Shown here one piece after another: positions 27,847 to 37,614 of a stretch of 64,000 bases of DNA. Origin of the DNA: an uncultured Gemmatimonadales bacterium (GTDB lineage Bacteria > Gemmatimonadota > Gemmatimonadetes > Gemmatimonadales > GWC2-71-9). Where the stretch lies: assembly GCA_963842945.1 (NCBI GenBank), contig CAWJIM010000023.1, positions 32,001 to 96,000 on the forward strand, in the 5' to 3' direction. Position 1 is the stretch's first letter, and the number at the start of each line of letters is the position of its first letter. The notes below the pieces were generated by a model. That model did not search any database. It saw nothing but the letters and a program-made list of their open reading frames with translations, and was not told where the DNA came from. The position numbers were made by a program, and so were the translations under genes.

Positions 27847-29536
27847 GTGTTCAGCCCGAGCGTCTGGACTCTGCTCACGCCCAAGTGGCGGAGCGCTTTG
27901 GCGCGGCTACGCCAGGAGGAGAGTGGGTCGGGGGCCAGAGCCGTTCTGCTGGGATTGGTCGCCCTGGTGTTCTGGGTCGGCGTGTTCGGGATTGCCTACC
28001 GGGTGCTTCGCTACTTCCGCGGCGTGGAGGACATCGGCAATCTCATCGCCGCCAAGGTGCTCGGAATCATCCTGCTGGCGTTTCTGTCCATCCTGCTGCT
28101 CTCGAACATCATTACCGCCCTCTCGACCTTCTTTCTGGCCAAGGATCTCGATCTGCTGGTGGCAGCGCCGATCGGCCAGTCACGGCTCTACGCCGCCAAG
28201 CTGGTGGAGACGGTGGTCCACTCCTCCTGGATGGTGGCGCTGTTGGCGCTGCCGATCTTTACGGCCTACGGGATCGTGTTCGGCGGCGGGTTTCTCTTTC
28301 CGGTCGTGGCGCTCGCGGCCTTCATTCCCTACCTGGTCCTTCCGGCGGTGGTGGGTACGGCCTTCACCCTGATCCTGGTCAACATCTTCCCTGCCCGGCG
28401 GACCCGGGAGCTTCTGGGCCTGGTGGCCACCGGCGCGGTGGTGGTCGTGCTGATGACCCTGCGCCTTCTCCGGCCCGAGCGGCTGGCCCAGCCGGAAGGC
28501 TTCAAAAACCTGGTGGACTATCTCGCGGTGCTCCGCACCCCGACCAGCCCATGGCTGCCCAGCGAGTGGACCGCATCCATCATCATGAACTGGCTGCTCC
28601 GGGTGGCGGATCCGTGGCCCATCGCCAAGCTGTGGCTGGCGGCATCTCTCGCGGTTTTTCTGGGAGCGCTGTTGCACCGGCGCCTGTATCATCTTGGCTT
28701 CTCCAAGGCGCAGGAGGGCGCCGAACGGAAGCTTCGCCGGGTGATCCGGGGGCCGGTGTCCGGGCATCCTGAGCGCGGTCTCGCCGTCGAAGCGGGAGTT
28801 TATCCTCAAGGACCTGCGTCTCTTCTTCCGGGACAACACCCAGTGGAGCCAGCTGATTCTGCTGGCGGTGCTGCTCCTGGTGTATCTCTTCAATATCAAG
28901 TCGCTGCCGCTCCACTCCGGAGAGCAGGTGCCGTTCCGGCTGATCACCATGATCTCGTTTCTGAACCTGGGTCTGGCCGGCTTCGTGCTGGCCGCGGTGG
29001 CGGCGCGCTTCGTGTTTCCCGGGATTTCGCTGGAAGGCCGGCAGATGTGGCTGCTCCGCTCCAGTCCGCTGGACCCCAGCGCCATGCTGTGGAGCAAGTA
29101 CTGGATCGGCACCTTACCCCTCCTCGTTCTGGCGCTGACGATCACGGTGTTCACCAACTGGCTCCTCCACGCCAGCACGTTCATGATGGCGGTCGCCGTC
29201 GGAACCATCGTCCTCTATACCCTGGCGGCCAGTGCCTTGGCGCTTTCCTTTGGTGCGATCTATCCCCAGTTCGGCTCGGAGAATGCGGCACAGATTCCCA
29301 CCAGCTTCGGCGGGCTGGTGTACATGATGAGTACCCTCAGCCTGCTTACCGCGATCATCATGATCGAGGCCACCCCAGTGATGGCCTACCTGCGATGGAT
29401 CGCTACGGCGAGTCAGCTCCGGGCCATTCTGCCTGAGCTTGCGGCGTCCGCGCTGCTGATCATCGGCATCTGCCTCACGGCTACCTTCGTTCCGCTCAGG
29501 ATGGCCCTGCAGCGCATAGAGATGATGGAGTGGTAA
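27847..29536 (+). CDS. Large ABC-2-type exporter permease (frameshift near 28765)
   Basis: About 12 [19 protein letters not shown] and [18 protein letters not shown] motifs typical of putative ABC exporter permeases. Confidence 0.85.
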
Positions 29537-30570
29537 GGGTCGACCTCTACAGCGATACCGTCACCCGTCCCACTCCCGCCATGCGCCGGGCCATGGCGGA
29601 AGCAGAAGTGGGCGACGAGCAGCAGCGCGAAGATCCCACCGTCAATCTCCTGCAGGACATGGTCGCCGACCTGCTGGGCAAGGAGGCGGCGCTTTTCCTT
29701 CCCTCGGGCACGATGTGCAATCAGGTGGCCTTTGCGGTGCATTGCCGGGCAGGTGACGAGATCCTGCTGCAGGAGCAGGCCCATCCACTGTTGTTCGAGG
29801 TCGGCGGCCCGCCGCCGATGATCGGCGCGGTACTCCGTCCCCTGGTCGGGCCCGCGCGGACTGTTTACCGCGGACCAGGTGCGCCGGGCCGTTCGGCCGC
29901 CGGCGTACTACATGCCCCGGACTCGGGCCGTGTCGATCGAGCAGACCAGCAACGTCATTGGTGGGATCTGCTGGCCGCTCGAGCAGATCGAGGCGGTCTG
30001 TGGCGCCGCGCACGACGGCCGGGCTGGTGGCCCATATGGACGGCGCGCGATTAATGAACGCGGTTGTAGCCAGCGGAACGCCGGCCCGACCGATTTGCGG
30101 CGCGGTTCGATTCCATCTGGATCGATCTCAGCAAGGGACTGGGAGCCCCGGTGGGGGCGGTGCTGGCGGGCTCGCGGGAGTTCATCGAGGAGGCCTGGCG
30201 CTACAAGCAGCGCTTCGGCGGCGCCATGCGGCAGGCCGGCATCATTGCCGCGGCCGGAGTCTATGCCCTGAAGCATCACGTCGACCGACTGGCCCAGGAT
30301 CACGAGCGGGCCCGGCAGTTGGCGCTGGAGCTCGCGGGCATTCCCGCCATTCAGCTCGATCCCGCCACGGTGGAGACCAACATCGTGATCTTCGACATCA
30401 CCCGGACCGGGCTGACCGGTGATGAGTTCAGTGCGCGCACCACCAGCAGCCACGGCGTCCGGTTCAGCGTACTGGGGCCGCATACCGTCCGGGCGGTGAC
30501 TCACCTCGATATTCCCGCGGACGGGATCGACCAGGCCATTGCGGCAGCGCGGGCGGTGGTGGGACGATAG
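29530..30570 (+). CDS. ltaE: Low-specificity L-threonine aldolase family (PLP) enzyme (frameshifted)
   Basis: [65 protein letters not shown]. Confidence 0.9.
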
Positions 30571-31100
30571 TGCAAGACGAACGGCGCCAGCCGTCCTATT
30601 ACGTTGCCATGCGCGACAACCACCGTCCCAAGCAGGAGCTCATTCACGAGATCACCGGCTTGCGCAAGCAGGTGAGCGATCTCAAGGAAGCGATGGCTGC
30701 CCGCCGCCGGGTGGAAGACGCCCTTCGCGACGCGTCCGGTCTACTCCGCACACTTTCCGATAGCGCCCCGGTCGGGTTAGGCCTGTTCCGCACCGATGGC
30801 ACTCTACTCACCGCCAACCAGCGGTTTGCCCGCATGCTGGGGTATCAGTCCCCGGCCGAGCTGCAGTCGCTGAGCTCGGTGCTGGGAGTATTCGCCACTC
30901 CCGAGGATCGGATCCGGGCGCTGGGATCCCCTCAGCCGGGTGGGCCTCCTCGAGCGACGCGGTTTCGTTGCAAGGACGGCTGCCGACTCCTGCAGGGCGT
31001 TCTCGCGGGCGAGCGGCTGGACGGCGAGGCGGTGGTGCTCGTCGTTTTCAACGGCATACCCGGGCTGTCCGACTCACCTTTTCCGGTCCCTGCCGCGTAA
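30570..31100 (+). CDS. Stand-alone coiled-coil plus PAS domain protein
   Basis: KQELIHEITGLRKQVSDL...RRRVEDALR...DSAPVGLGLFRTDGTLLTANQRFARMLGYQSPAEL. Confidence 0.75.
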   Translation: MQDERRQPSYYVAMRDNHRPKQELIHEITGLRKQVSDLKEAMAARRRVEDALRDASGLLRTLSDSAPVGLGLFRTDGTLLTANQRFARMLGYQSPAELQSLSSVLGVFATPEDRIRALGSPQPGGPPRATRFRCKDGCRLLQGVLAGERLDGEAVVLVVFNGIPGLSDSPFPVPAA

Positions 31101-31196
31101 CTCAGGTCCGTACTTCACATAGGCCGGTTCCTACCTTGGCGTTGCCGTCGAGCTCGCGCTTGCCGTCAGCGCACCATCACCATCCAAGGAGGAGCC

Positions 31197-32402
31197 ATGT
31201 CCATCCGGTTTACCTTCGGGGCGCTTGCCCTGGCCGCGGCGCTGGCGGCGTGCGATCGAAGTGCCCCTACAGCGGGAAATGAGGAATCCGCACCATCCAC
31301 GCCCCGGTACTCGGTCGAGCGAAGTGCCATGGACCGCCTGGCCCGGAAGTTGGCCCGTGCCTTGGCCGACTCGGCATTCCGCTCGTATCTCAAGAGCCAG
31401 CTGGACCACTCCCCCTTTCCCGAGCACAAGCTGCAGCTACAAAAGCTGCTGCTGCAGTCCGATCGCCAGGTCCTGAAGGAGGTCGCCCGCATCGGAGGCA
31501 GCTCCGAAATCGAGGTGGGTACCGACCTGGAGGAGGCCATCCCGCTGGAGATCTACTTTCCCGTCCCGCAGCACCGGGACGAGTGGGACGGGGGGCCCAA
31601 CCTGCTGGTCGCCAGCGCCCGGGAAGATCGAGAGGAGCCGGTGGCGTACGACATTGGGGGGCAACGGCAGGTGTTGAACGCGGAGGTACCCCCCGCCACT
31701 CCGGTCTTGGCTGTGGTCCCGGTAGAGACCGATTTTGCTCACCCTACCGGTCCCGGAGCGGAGGCCACCTGCACCGACTGCGGAGGGGGAGGCGGTGGCG
31801 CCCCGGGCCCCCCGCCGGGTCTTTATATGGCCTACTCTCACTTCGTGAACGATTTTGAAGGTTGGTTGAAGGGTAGTCCCGAGTTTGAGTACCACATCCT
31901 GGGCCAGTCAGGAGCCAGCGACTCGCTGCGGGATTATCAGTGTGCCGGTGGAGCGGCAGGCGCATACTATAACTTCGACCAGAACAGTTTGAACTGGACC
32001 GGCAGCGTTCTGCTCTTCAGCCGGGCGCAGCTCAACAATTACAAATCCGCTCACCCGAACCAGAACTTTCGGATCATCGCGCTGGAAGACGATGACACTG
32101 GGTGCGTCATCAAGTTCGACGCCAACCGTTTCAAGAACGTCATCAGCACCATTCAGGCACAGTACCCCAACCTTACCGGGGCCAAGGACACCAGCAGCTC
32201 CACGCTTGCAGGGATCGTGAAGCGAGCCAATGCGCTCCAGAAGATCCTGTCCGCGGTGTACTCGTTCCTAACCACCCAGGACGATTTCATCGGAAATGCA
32301 GTCGAAGACGTCGTGGTCGGTCAGTCCTTCCCCGGCGCCAACTGGATTATCAAGGGAGAAAACAACGTCACCAATGGTTGGGCCAAACTGGAGATGCGCT
32401 GA
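31197..32402 (+). CDS. Hypothetical lipoprotein (possibly DUF3103-like)
   Basis: AGGAGG RBS; lipobox LAAC; intact 401 aa; DFEGWLKGSPEFE motif. Confidence 0.8.
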   Translation: MSIRFTFGALALAAALAACDRSAPTAGNEESAPSTPRYSVERSAMDRLARKLARALADSAFRSYLKSQLDHSPFPEHKLQLQKLLLQSDRQVLKEVARIGGSSEIEVGTDLEEAIPLEIYFPVPQHRDEWDGGPNLLVASAREDREEPVAYDIGGQRQVLNAEVPPATPVLAVVPVETDFAHPTGPGAEATCTDCGGGGGGAPGPPPGLYMAYSHFVNDFEGWLKGSPEFEYHILGQSGASDSLRDYQCAGGAAGAYYNFDQNSLNWTGSVLLFSRAQLNNYKSAHPNQNFRIIALEDDDTGCVIKFDANRFKNVISTIQAQYPNLTGAKDTSSSTLAGIVKRANALQKILSAVYSFLTTQDDFIGNAVEDVVVGQSFPGANWIIKGENNVTNGWAKLEMR

Positions 32403-32403
32403 T

Positions 32404-33006
32404 ATGAAATCCACCGTCCCAAACGGTCTGCTCTGCGTTCTAGCGCTTTCGATGGGTGCGCCCACCGAAGTGTTGAGTCAGTGGTCCCTATCACTGGGCG
32501 TGGAGTCGGACCGCTTTTGGGGCGGATCACTCGAGAATGCCCCCGAGCCGAGGTCTTTTCGCCCGTATCGTCCCACTGTGTTTGCATTGGGAGTGGAGCA
32601 TCGCTTTGGAAGCATCGGGCTGGGACTTCACGCCACGTATACGGAGGCGGCTCTGGGCCTCGAAGGCAACGCGGGCGTGGTGGCGGTTAACGACGCGTTT
32701 ACGGTGGTGGGGCTTGCGCCCGAGGTCAGCTACCCGATCGCGGCGCTCGGGGCCAACCGGCTCATCCTCCATGCCGGGCCGCTCATCGAGTTCTGGCACC
32801 CGATCGACTCGGAGTCGCGCACCCGGGCGGGGGCACGCGGAGCCGCGTCCCTGCTGGTTCCCCTCGGCGGCCGGTTCGGCCTCTCCCTCGCCGGCAGCCT
32901 CGCGGTCATCTCCTCACCTTTCCACACCGATGAGCTACTCCAGGAATACGAACGTCAGGCGCTCTGGCGGAGAGGGTTTGCCGGATCGCTGCAATACCAG
33001 TTCTAG
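32404..33006 (+). CDS. Putative outer-membrane beta-barrel protein
   Basis: Signal peptide, amphipathic strands, C-terminal ...FAGSLQYQF. Confidence 0.7.
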   Translation: MKSTVPNGLLCVLALSMGAPTEVLSQWSLSLGVESDRFWGGSLENAPEPRSFRPYRPTVFALGVEHRFGSIGLGLHATYTEAALGLEGNAGVVAVNDAFTVVGLAPEVSYPIAALGANRLILHAGPLIEFWHPIDSESRTRAGARGAASLLVPLGGRFGLSLAGSLAVISSPFHTDELLQEYERQALWRRGFAGSLQYQF

Positions 33007-33076
33007 TGGGAAAAGGTCCGGTGATGTCGCGTCAGGGCGGAGCGAAGCGCCTATAACAAGTAGTGCCGCCGTACCA

Positions 33077-33703
33077 TCATCGGGCCTTCCCACCCTCGAA
33101 GAATTCAACGACCCCGGTCTCCAGAGAGTACTCCGCACCAACCACCCGCAGGCCACCTTCCTGGATCAGCTGTTCCAGCACCTCGGATCCGTGTCGCAGA
33201 TGGTTCACCGACGCCCTGATGTTGGCGCGCACCGCCTGCTGAATGAGCGCCTCCCGGTCATGCCTCAACGGGGTGGCCAGAAGGCTCTCCACCGACGGCC
33301 GCACCCGGTCTACGATCGCGCGAAGATTGCGCGACTGATTCTCGCTGGGCCGTTGCAGCTCCTCCAGCGTGGCGAGAATGGCGCCGCACTGCGAGTGGCC
33401 GAGAACCACCACCAGCCGGGTCTCGTAGCGCGCCGCGGCAAACTCGACGCTGCCCACCTGCGAGGGCGCCACAATGTTCCCGGCCACCCGGATGACAAAG
33501 AGGTCACCCAACCCCTGATCGAACACAATCTCCGCCGGCACACGCGAATCGGAGCAGCCGAGAATGATGGCGAAGGGTTGTTGTCCCGCGGCAACCTCAG
33601 ACCGCCGGGTTCCCGTGAGACCATCGCTCGAGCGGCTTCGTTCCGAGACAAACCGGAGGTTTCCGGCCCGCAGTCGCTCGAGAGCCTCCGCCGCTGGAAC
33701 CAT
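33077..33703 (-). CDS. Beta-class carbonic anhydrase
   Basis: LGCSDSRVPAEIVFDQGLGDLFVIRVAGN and VLGHSQCGA Zn ligands. Confidence 0.95.
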   Translation of the reverse strand: MVPAAEALERLRAGNLRFVSERSRSSDGLTGTRRSEVAAGQQPFAIILGCSDSRVPAEIVFDQGLGDLFVIRVAGNIVAPSQVGSVEFAAARYETRLVVVLGHSQCGAILATLEELQRPSENQSRNLRAIVDRVRPSVESLLATPLRHDREALIQQAVRANIRASVNHLRHGSEVLEQLIQEGGLRVVGAEYSLETGVVEFFEGGKAR

Positions 33704-35184
33704 TACTGAGTCCGCCGAGCCCAGGCCAGAGCCGCCCCTACGGCTCGGCGCCAACCCGCCAGCAGCGTCTCGCGCTGTGTCGCAGTCATTCGGGGCTCGA
33801 ATCGAGTAAATCGGCGGCCCGCAAGGAACTCGTCGCTGGTCTTCCACACGCCCAGCGCCAATCCGGCCAGGCCAGCGGCGCCCAGTGCCGTGGTCTCGAA
33901 CATATCGGGTCGCTCCACCGGAATCCCCAGAATGTCGGCCTGGAACTGCATCAGCCAGTCGTTGGCGGCGGCGCCCCCATCCACCCGGAGCGCCGGAACC
34001 TCGAGATGCTCCCCTTCCGTCATCGTGGCCAGCAGCTCCGCACTGTTGAATGCCATAGCCTCCAATGCCGCCCGCACCAGATGGGCTCGGGTTGTGCCCC
34101 GGGTTATCCCGGTGATCGTACCTCGCGCCTCGGGCTCCCAGTACGGCGTTCCCATGCCCACAAAAGCCGGCACGAGATAAACGCCACCGGTGTCGGCCAC
34201 GCTGCGCGCATGCTTCTCGCTCTCGGCCGCGTTGCTTAGGATACCCAGGCCATCCCGGAGCCACTGGATGGCGGCGCCGGCAATGAACACGCTCCCTTCC
34301 AGCGCGTACCACGGCTCTCCGCCGGGTCCGCAGGCAACGGTAGCCAGAAGCCCGCGCGGCGGGACCGGTGGTCGTGGGCCGGCAAGCACAAGCAGAAAGG
34401 CCCCGGTTCCATAGGTATTCTTGGCCAGGCCAGGGGTAACGCAGCCCTGCCCGAACAACGCGGCCTGCTGGTCACCTGCCAGACCACCGATGGGAATCGA
34501 GAAGCCCAGGTGAGTCGAATCCAACTCGCCTACAACTTGTGATGAGCTGGCCAGCGAGGGCAGCACCTCGCGGGGTACGCCGAAGAGCGCGAGCAGATCG
34601 GGGTCCCAGTCCCGTGAGCGAATGTTGTACAGCAGGGTGCGCGAGGCGTTGGTGTGATCGCTCACGTGAATCCGGCCGCCGGTGAGCTTCGCCACCAGCC
34701 AGCTCTCGACCGTACCGGCCGCCAACTCGCCCCGAGCGGCGCGCGTCCGGAGTTCGGGATCCCGCAGCAGCCACTCCAGCTTGGTGGCGGAAAAGTAGGG
34801 ATCCGCGACAAGACCGGTGTGCTCCCGCAGCATCTCCTCGAGGCCGGCGTGGCGCAGTTCCTGACATCGCTCGCTGGTCCGCCGATCCTGCCACACGATG
34901 GCCGGAGCAACCGGCGCGAGGGTTCGCCGGTTCCACAGCACCACCGTTTCCCGTTGATTCGTGATACCCAGCGCGACGGGCTTTTCCCGCGACCCGGAGA
35001 GCGCCTCCCGCATGGCCTCGAGGGAAACCCGGAAGATCTCATCCGGGTCATGCTCCACCCATCCAGGTTGGGGGAAATGCTGAGTGAATTCCCGGTATCC
35101 TCGACCGAGCACCCGCCCGTCCTGATGGATCACCAGTGAGGTTGATCCGGTGGTCCCTTGATCGAGCGCCAGAATCGAGGGCAC
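33703..35184 (-). CDS. glpK: Glycerol kinase
   Basis: LALDQGTTGS, GITNQRET, WQDRRT, DPYFSATK, GDQQAALFGQ, KNTYGTG, LRVDGGA. Confidence 0.95.
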   Translation of the reverse strand: MPSILALDQGTTGSTSLVIHQDGRVLGRGYREFTQHFPQPGWVEHDPDEIFRVSLEAMREALSGSREKPVALGITNQRETVVLWNRRTLAPVAPAIVWQDRRTSERCQELRHAGLEEMLREHTGLVADPYFSATKLEWLLRDPELRTRAARGELAAGTVESWLVAKLTGGRIHVSDHTNASRTLLYNIRSRDWDPDLLALFGVPREVLPSLASSSQVVGELDSTHLGFSIPIGGLAGDQQAALFGQGCVTPGLAKNTYGTGAFLLVLAGPRPPVPPRGLLATVACGPGGEPWYALEGSVFIAGAAIQWLRDGLGILSNAAESEKHARSVADTGGVYLVPAFVGMGTPYWEPEARGTITGITRGTTRAHLVRAALEAMAFNSAELLATMTEGEHLEVPALRVDGGAAANDWLMQFQADILGIPVERPDMFETTALGAAGLAGLALGVWKTSDEFLAGRRFTRFEPRMTATQRETLLAGWRRAVGAALAWARRTQ

Positions 35185-36224
35185 TAGTCGATGATCCGGG
35201 CGACGTCCTTGGGCGCGACAACGCCGCGGTCCGTGACGATCGCGGTCACCAGCTCGGCGGGGGTGACATCAAAGGCGGGATTCCACACTCCAACTCCACT
35301 CGGTGCGGAACGCTGGCCGCGCCAAGCCATGATCTCTTCGGGCGAGCGCTCTTCAATCGGGATTGCCGCCCCGTTGGGAGTGGCCAGATCGATGGTCGAC
35401 GACGGCGCGGCCACGTAAAAGGGGATGTCATGGGCCCGAGCGGCAAGGGCCAGCCCATAAGTGCCGATTTTGTTGGCGACGTCGCCGTTGCGCGCAATGC
35501 GGTCGGCTCCGACAAAGACGGCCCGCACATCGCCCAGACGAAGACGGCTGGCCACCATACTGTCGGCAATGAGGGTGACCGGCACGCCGGCGCGCTGCAG
35601 CTCCCAGGCGGTAAGCCGGCTGCCCTGGAGCAGCGGCCGAGTCTCGGGCACGATCACGTGCGGCTCGCCTCCCGCCCCGTGTTGCACATAGACCGGCGCG
35701 AGCGCGGTACCGATCCCTCCGGTTGCCAGAGCACCGGCGTTGCACACGGTGCACACCGTGGCTCCGCGCGGAATCAGGGCGGCACCCAGTTCCCCGATCC
35801 GGTCGCACATCCTGCGGTCCTCATCCCAAATGGCGGTCGCCTCCTCGAGCAACGCGGCCTGCAAATCGTCCCCTTTCCCAACCGCGGCCTCAGCCCGGCG
35901 CGCCATGCGATTCAGCGCCCACCGGAGATTGACCGCAGTCGGCCGTGTCGCTCCGAGCCGCGAGCACGCCTCCCGTATAGTTGACATTGCGTCCTGCACC
36001 GCTGCCTCGCTGCCCCGCTGCCCCGCTGCCATTACCACTCCCATTGCCGCCGCTATGCCAATGAGGGGGGCACCTCGAACCCGGAGCGAGCGAATCGCCT
36101 CCGCCAGCTCCTCCAATGTCCGAAGCTCCACGTAGCGCTCTTCTTCCGGAAGCAGCGTCTGGTCGAGAATCCGGATCGTCTGATCCGCGCTCCAGCCGAT
36201 TGGCGAGGGAATGGTGCTGAGCAT
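35184..36224 (-). CDS. mtnA: S-methyl-5-thioribose-1-phosphate isomerase
   Basis: LDQTLLP, VRGAPLIG, ATRPTAVNL, CNAGALATGGIGTA, ETRPLLQGSRLTAWEL, GDVANKIGTY, NPAFDVTP. Confidence 0.96.
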   Translation of the reverse strand: MLSTIPSPIGWSADQTIRILDQTLLPEEERYVELRTLEELAEAIRSLRVRGAPLIGIAAAMGVVMAAGQRGSEAAVQDAMSTIREACSRLGATRPTAVNLRWALNRMARRAEAAVGKGDDLQAALLEEATAIWDEDRRMCDRIGELGAALIPRGATVCTVCNAGALATGGIGTALAPVYVQHGAGGEPHVIVPETRPLLQGSRLTAWELQRAGVPVTLIADSMVASRLRLGDVRAVFVGADRIARNGDVANKIGTYGLALAARAHDIPFYVAAPSSTIDLATPNGAAIPIEERSPEEIMAWRGQRSAPSGVGVWNPAFDVTPAELVTAIVTDRGVVAPKDVARIID

Positions 36225-36235
36225 GAGGAGAAGAT

Positions 36236-36345
36236 AGTCGCGAGCCGCGAGTCGCGAGCCGTGGAAGCGGGTACCAGGGTGCCTGCATCAATGTAGGTTT
36301 GGTACCGACCGAAAACCCTCAACTCGTGACTCTTGACTCGCGACT
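36236..36345. repeat. Heptamer-repeat palindrome spanning the divergent mtnA/enoyl-CoA hydratase spacer
   Basis: AGTCGCG AGCCGCG AGTCGCG AGCCGTG ... GGTACCA...TGGTACC ... ACTCGTG ACTCTTG ACTCGCG ACT. Confidence 0.85.
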
Positions 36346-36349
36346 GACT

Positions 36350-37129
36350 ATGGCATCTTCCCTCACATTCGATCTCACCGACGGAATCGCTCGAGTCACC
36401 ATCAACCGTCCCGACAAGCTCAACGCGCTCAACGCGATTGTCATCGCCGAGCTGGCCGACGCGGTCACCCGGATCGAAAGCGATTCGGCGATCCGGGGCG
36501 TCATCATCACCGGCGCCGGCAGCAAGGCATTTGTGGCCGGCGCCGACATCAACGAGCTGACCGAGCAGGGCGTGACCGGAGGCCGGAAACGGGCGCTCGC
36601 CGGGCAGGCCGTGTTTCGCTGTCTGGAGCGCTGCGGAAAGCCGGTCATCGCTGCGGTGAACGGATTCGCTCTGGGTGGAGGCTGTGAGCTTGCGATGGCC
36701 TGTCATCTTCGGATTGCAAGCGAGAACGCGAAGTTTGGGCAGCCCGAGGTCAAGCTCGGAATAGCCCCGGGATACGGAGGCACGGTTCGACTGCCCCGCC
36801 TCATCGGCAAAGCGCGGGCCCTCGAGCTCCTGCTCACGGGTGACATGATCGATGCCGAAGAGGCGCGGCGAATCGGACTGGTCAACCGGGTGGTGCCCGC
36901 GGACCGGCTTCTGGCAGAGGCAGAGTCTCTGCTACGAGCCATTCTGGCCAACGGCCCCCTCGCCATTCGCGCCTGCCTGGAAGCGGTCGACATCGGCTCG
37001 GACATGACGCTGGATCAGGCATTGTTGCTGGAGGCCGGATCTTTTGGCCTTCTCTCTGCCACCGAGGACATGCGCGAGGGCACCAAAGCGTTTGTCGAGA
37101 AGCGGAAGCCCGGCTTCAAAGGGAAATAG
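36350..37129 (+). CDS. Enoyl-CoA hydratase/crotonase family protein
   Basis: TINRPDKLNALN, AFVAGADI, AVNGFALGGGCELAMAC, FGQPEVKLGIAPGYGGT. Confidence 0.95.
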   Translation: MASSLTFDLTDGIARVTINRPDKLNALNAIVIAELADAVTRIESDSAIRGVIITGAGSKAFVAGADINELTEQGVTGGRKRALAGQAVFRCLERCGKPVIAAVNGFALGGGCELAMACHLRIASENAKFGQPEVKLGIAPGYGGTVRLPRLIGKARALELLLTGDMIDAEEARRIGLVNRVVPADRLLAEAESLLRAILANGPLAIRACLEAVDIGSDMTLDQALLLEAGSFGLLSATEDMREGTKAFVEKRKPGFKGK

Positions 37130-37227
37130 TCGCCCTGCAATTCCACTCCTCAACCGACTATTTTTTGGGGATGCAGAACAGGGGAAAACCCCCGAAAAAG
37201 ATTCGGCTTCGGGGTGGCATCACCAGC

Positions 37228-37614
37228 GTGGTGAGCCTCTGCGCTGCGGTGCTCGCGGTGGGTTGCGACGAGCGTGAACGACTGACCTTTCCCACCCCGA
37301 GCGATGGTGTTGGGCCGATCACCGTCATCGATCGACCCAACGCCCCCGACACGATGGTCACCGCCGGGCCAGACTACTTCGTCAACGGGCGGACGATCGA
37401 TCCGGACGGCGTGGATACCGTCTATTTCTTGGTCATCGGCGGCAACCAGAACTTTCAGCCGTTCGTCCCCCGCCCGCCGAGCGATACGGTGCGGTTTGGC
37501 TTGCCGATCACGACCGCGGGCCGTGAGGGAGACACGATCCAAGTACAGATCCACGGGGTGGATTCTCAGGGGAATCCCGGCAACACCTCGTTTCGGCAGA
37601 TCTTCGTTCAGTAG
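37228..37614 (+). CDS. Hypothetical lipoprotein, Ig-like beta-rich (start uncertain)
   Basis: Lipobox LAVGC; DPDGVDTVYF; stop overlaps the recF start. Confidence 0.65.
   Translation: MVSLCAAVLAVGCDERERLTFPTPSDGVGPITVIDRPNAPDTMVTAGPDYFVNGRTIDPDGVDTVYFLVIGGNQNFQPFVPRPPSDTVRFGLPITTAGREGDTIQVQIHGVDSQGNPGNTSFRQIFVQ

Noticed and set aside
33704..34312. 411-aa carbonic anhydrase with a long N-terminal extension
   Set aside because: The extension overlaps glpK in another frame; the real start is ATG 33703
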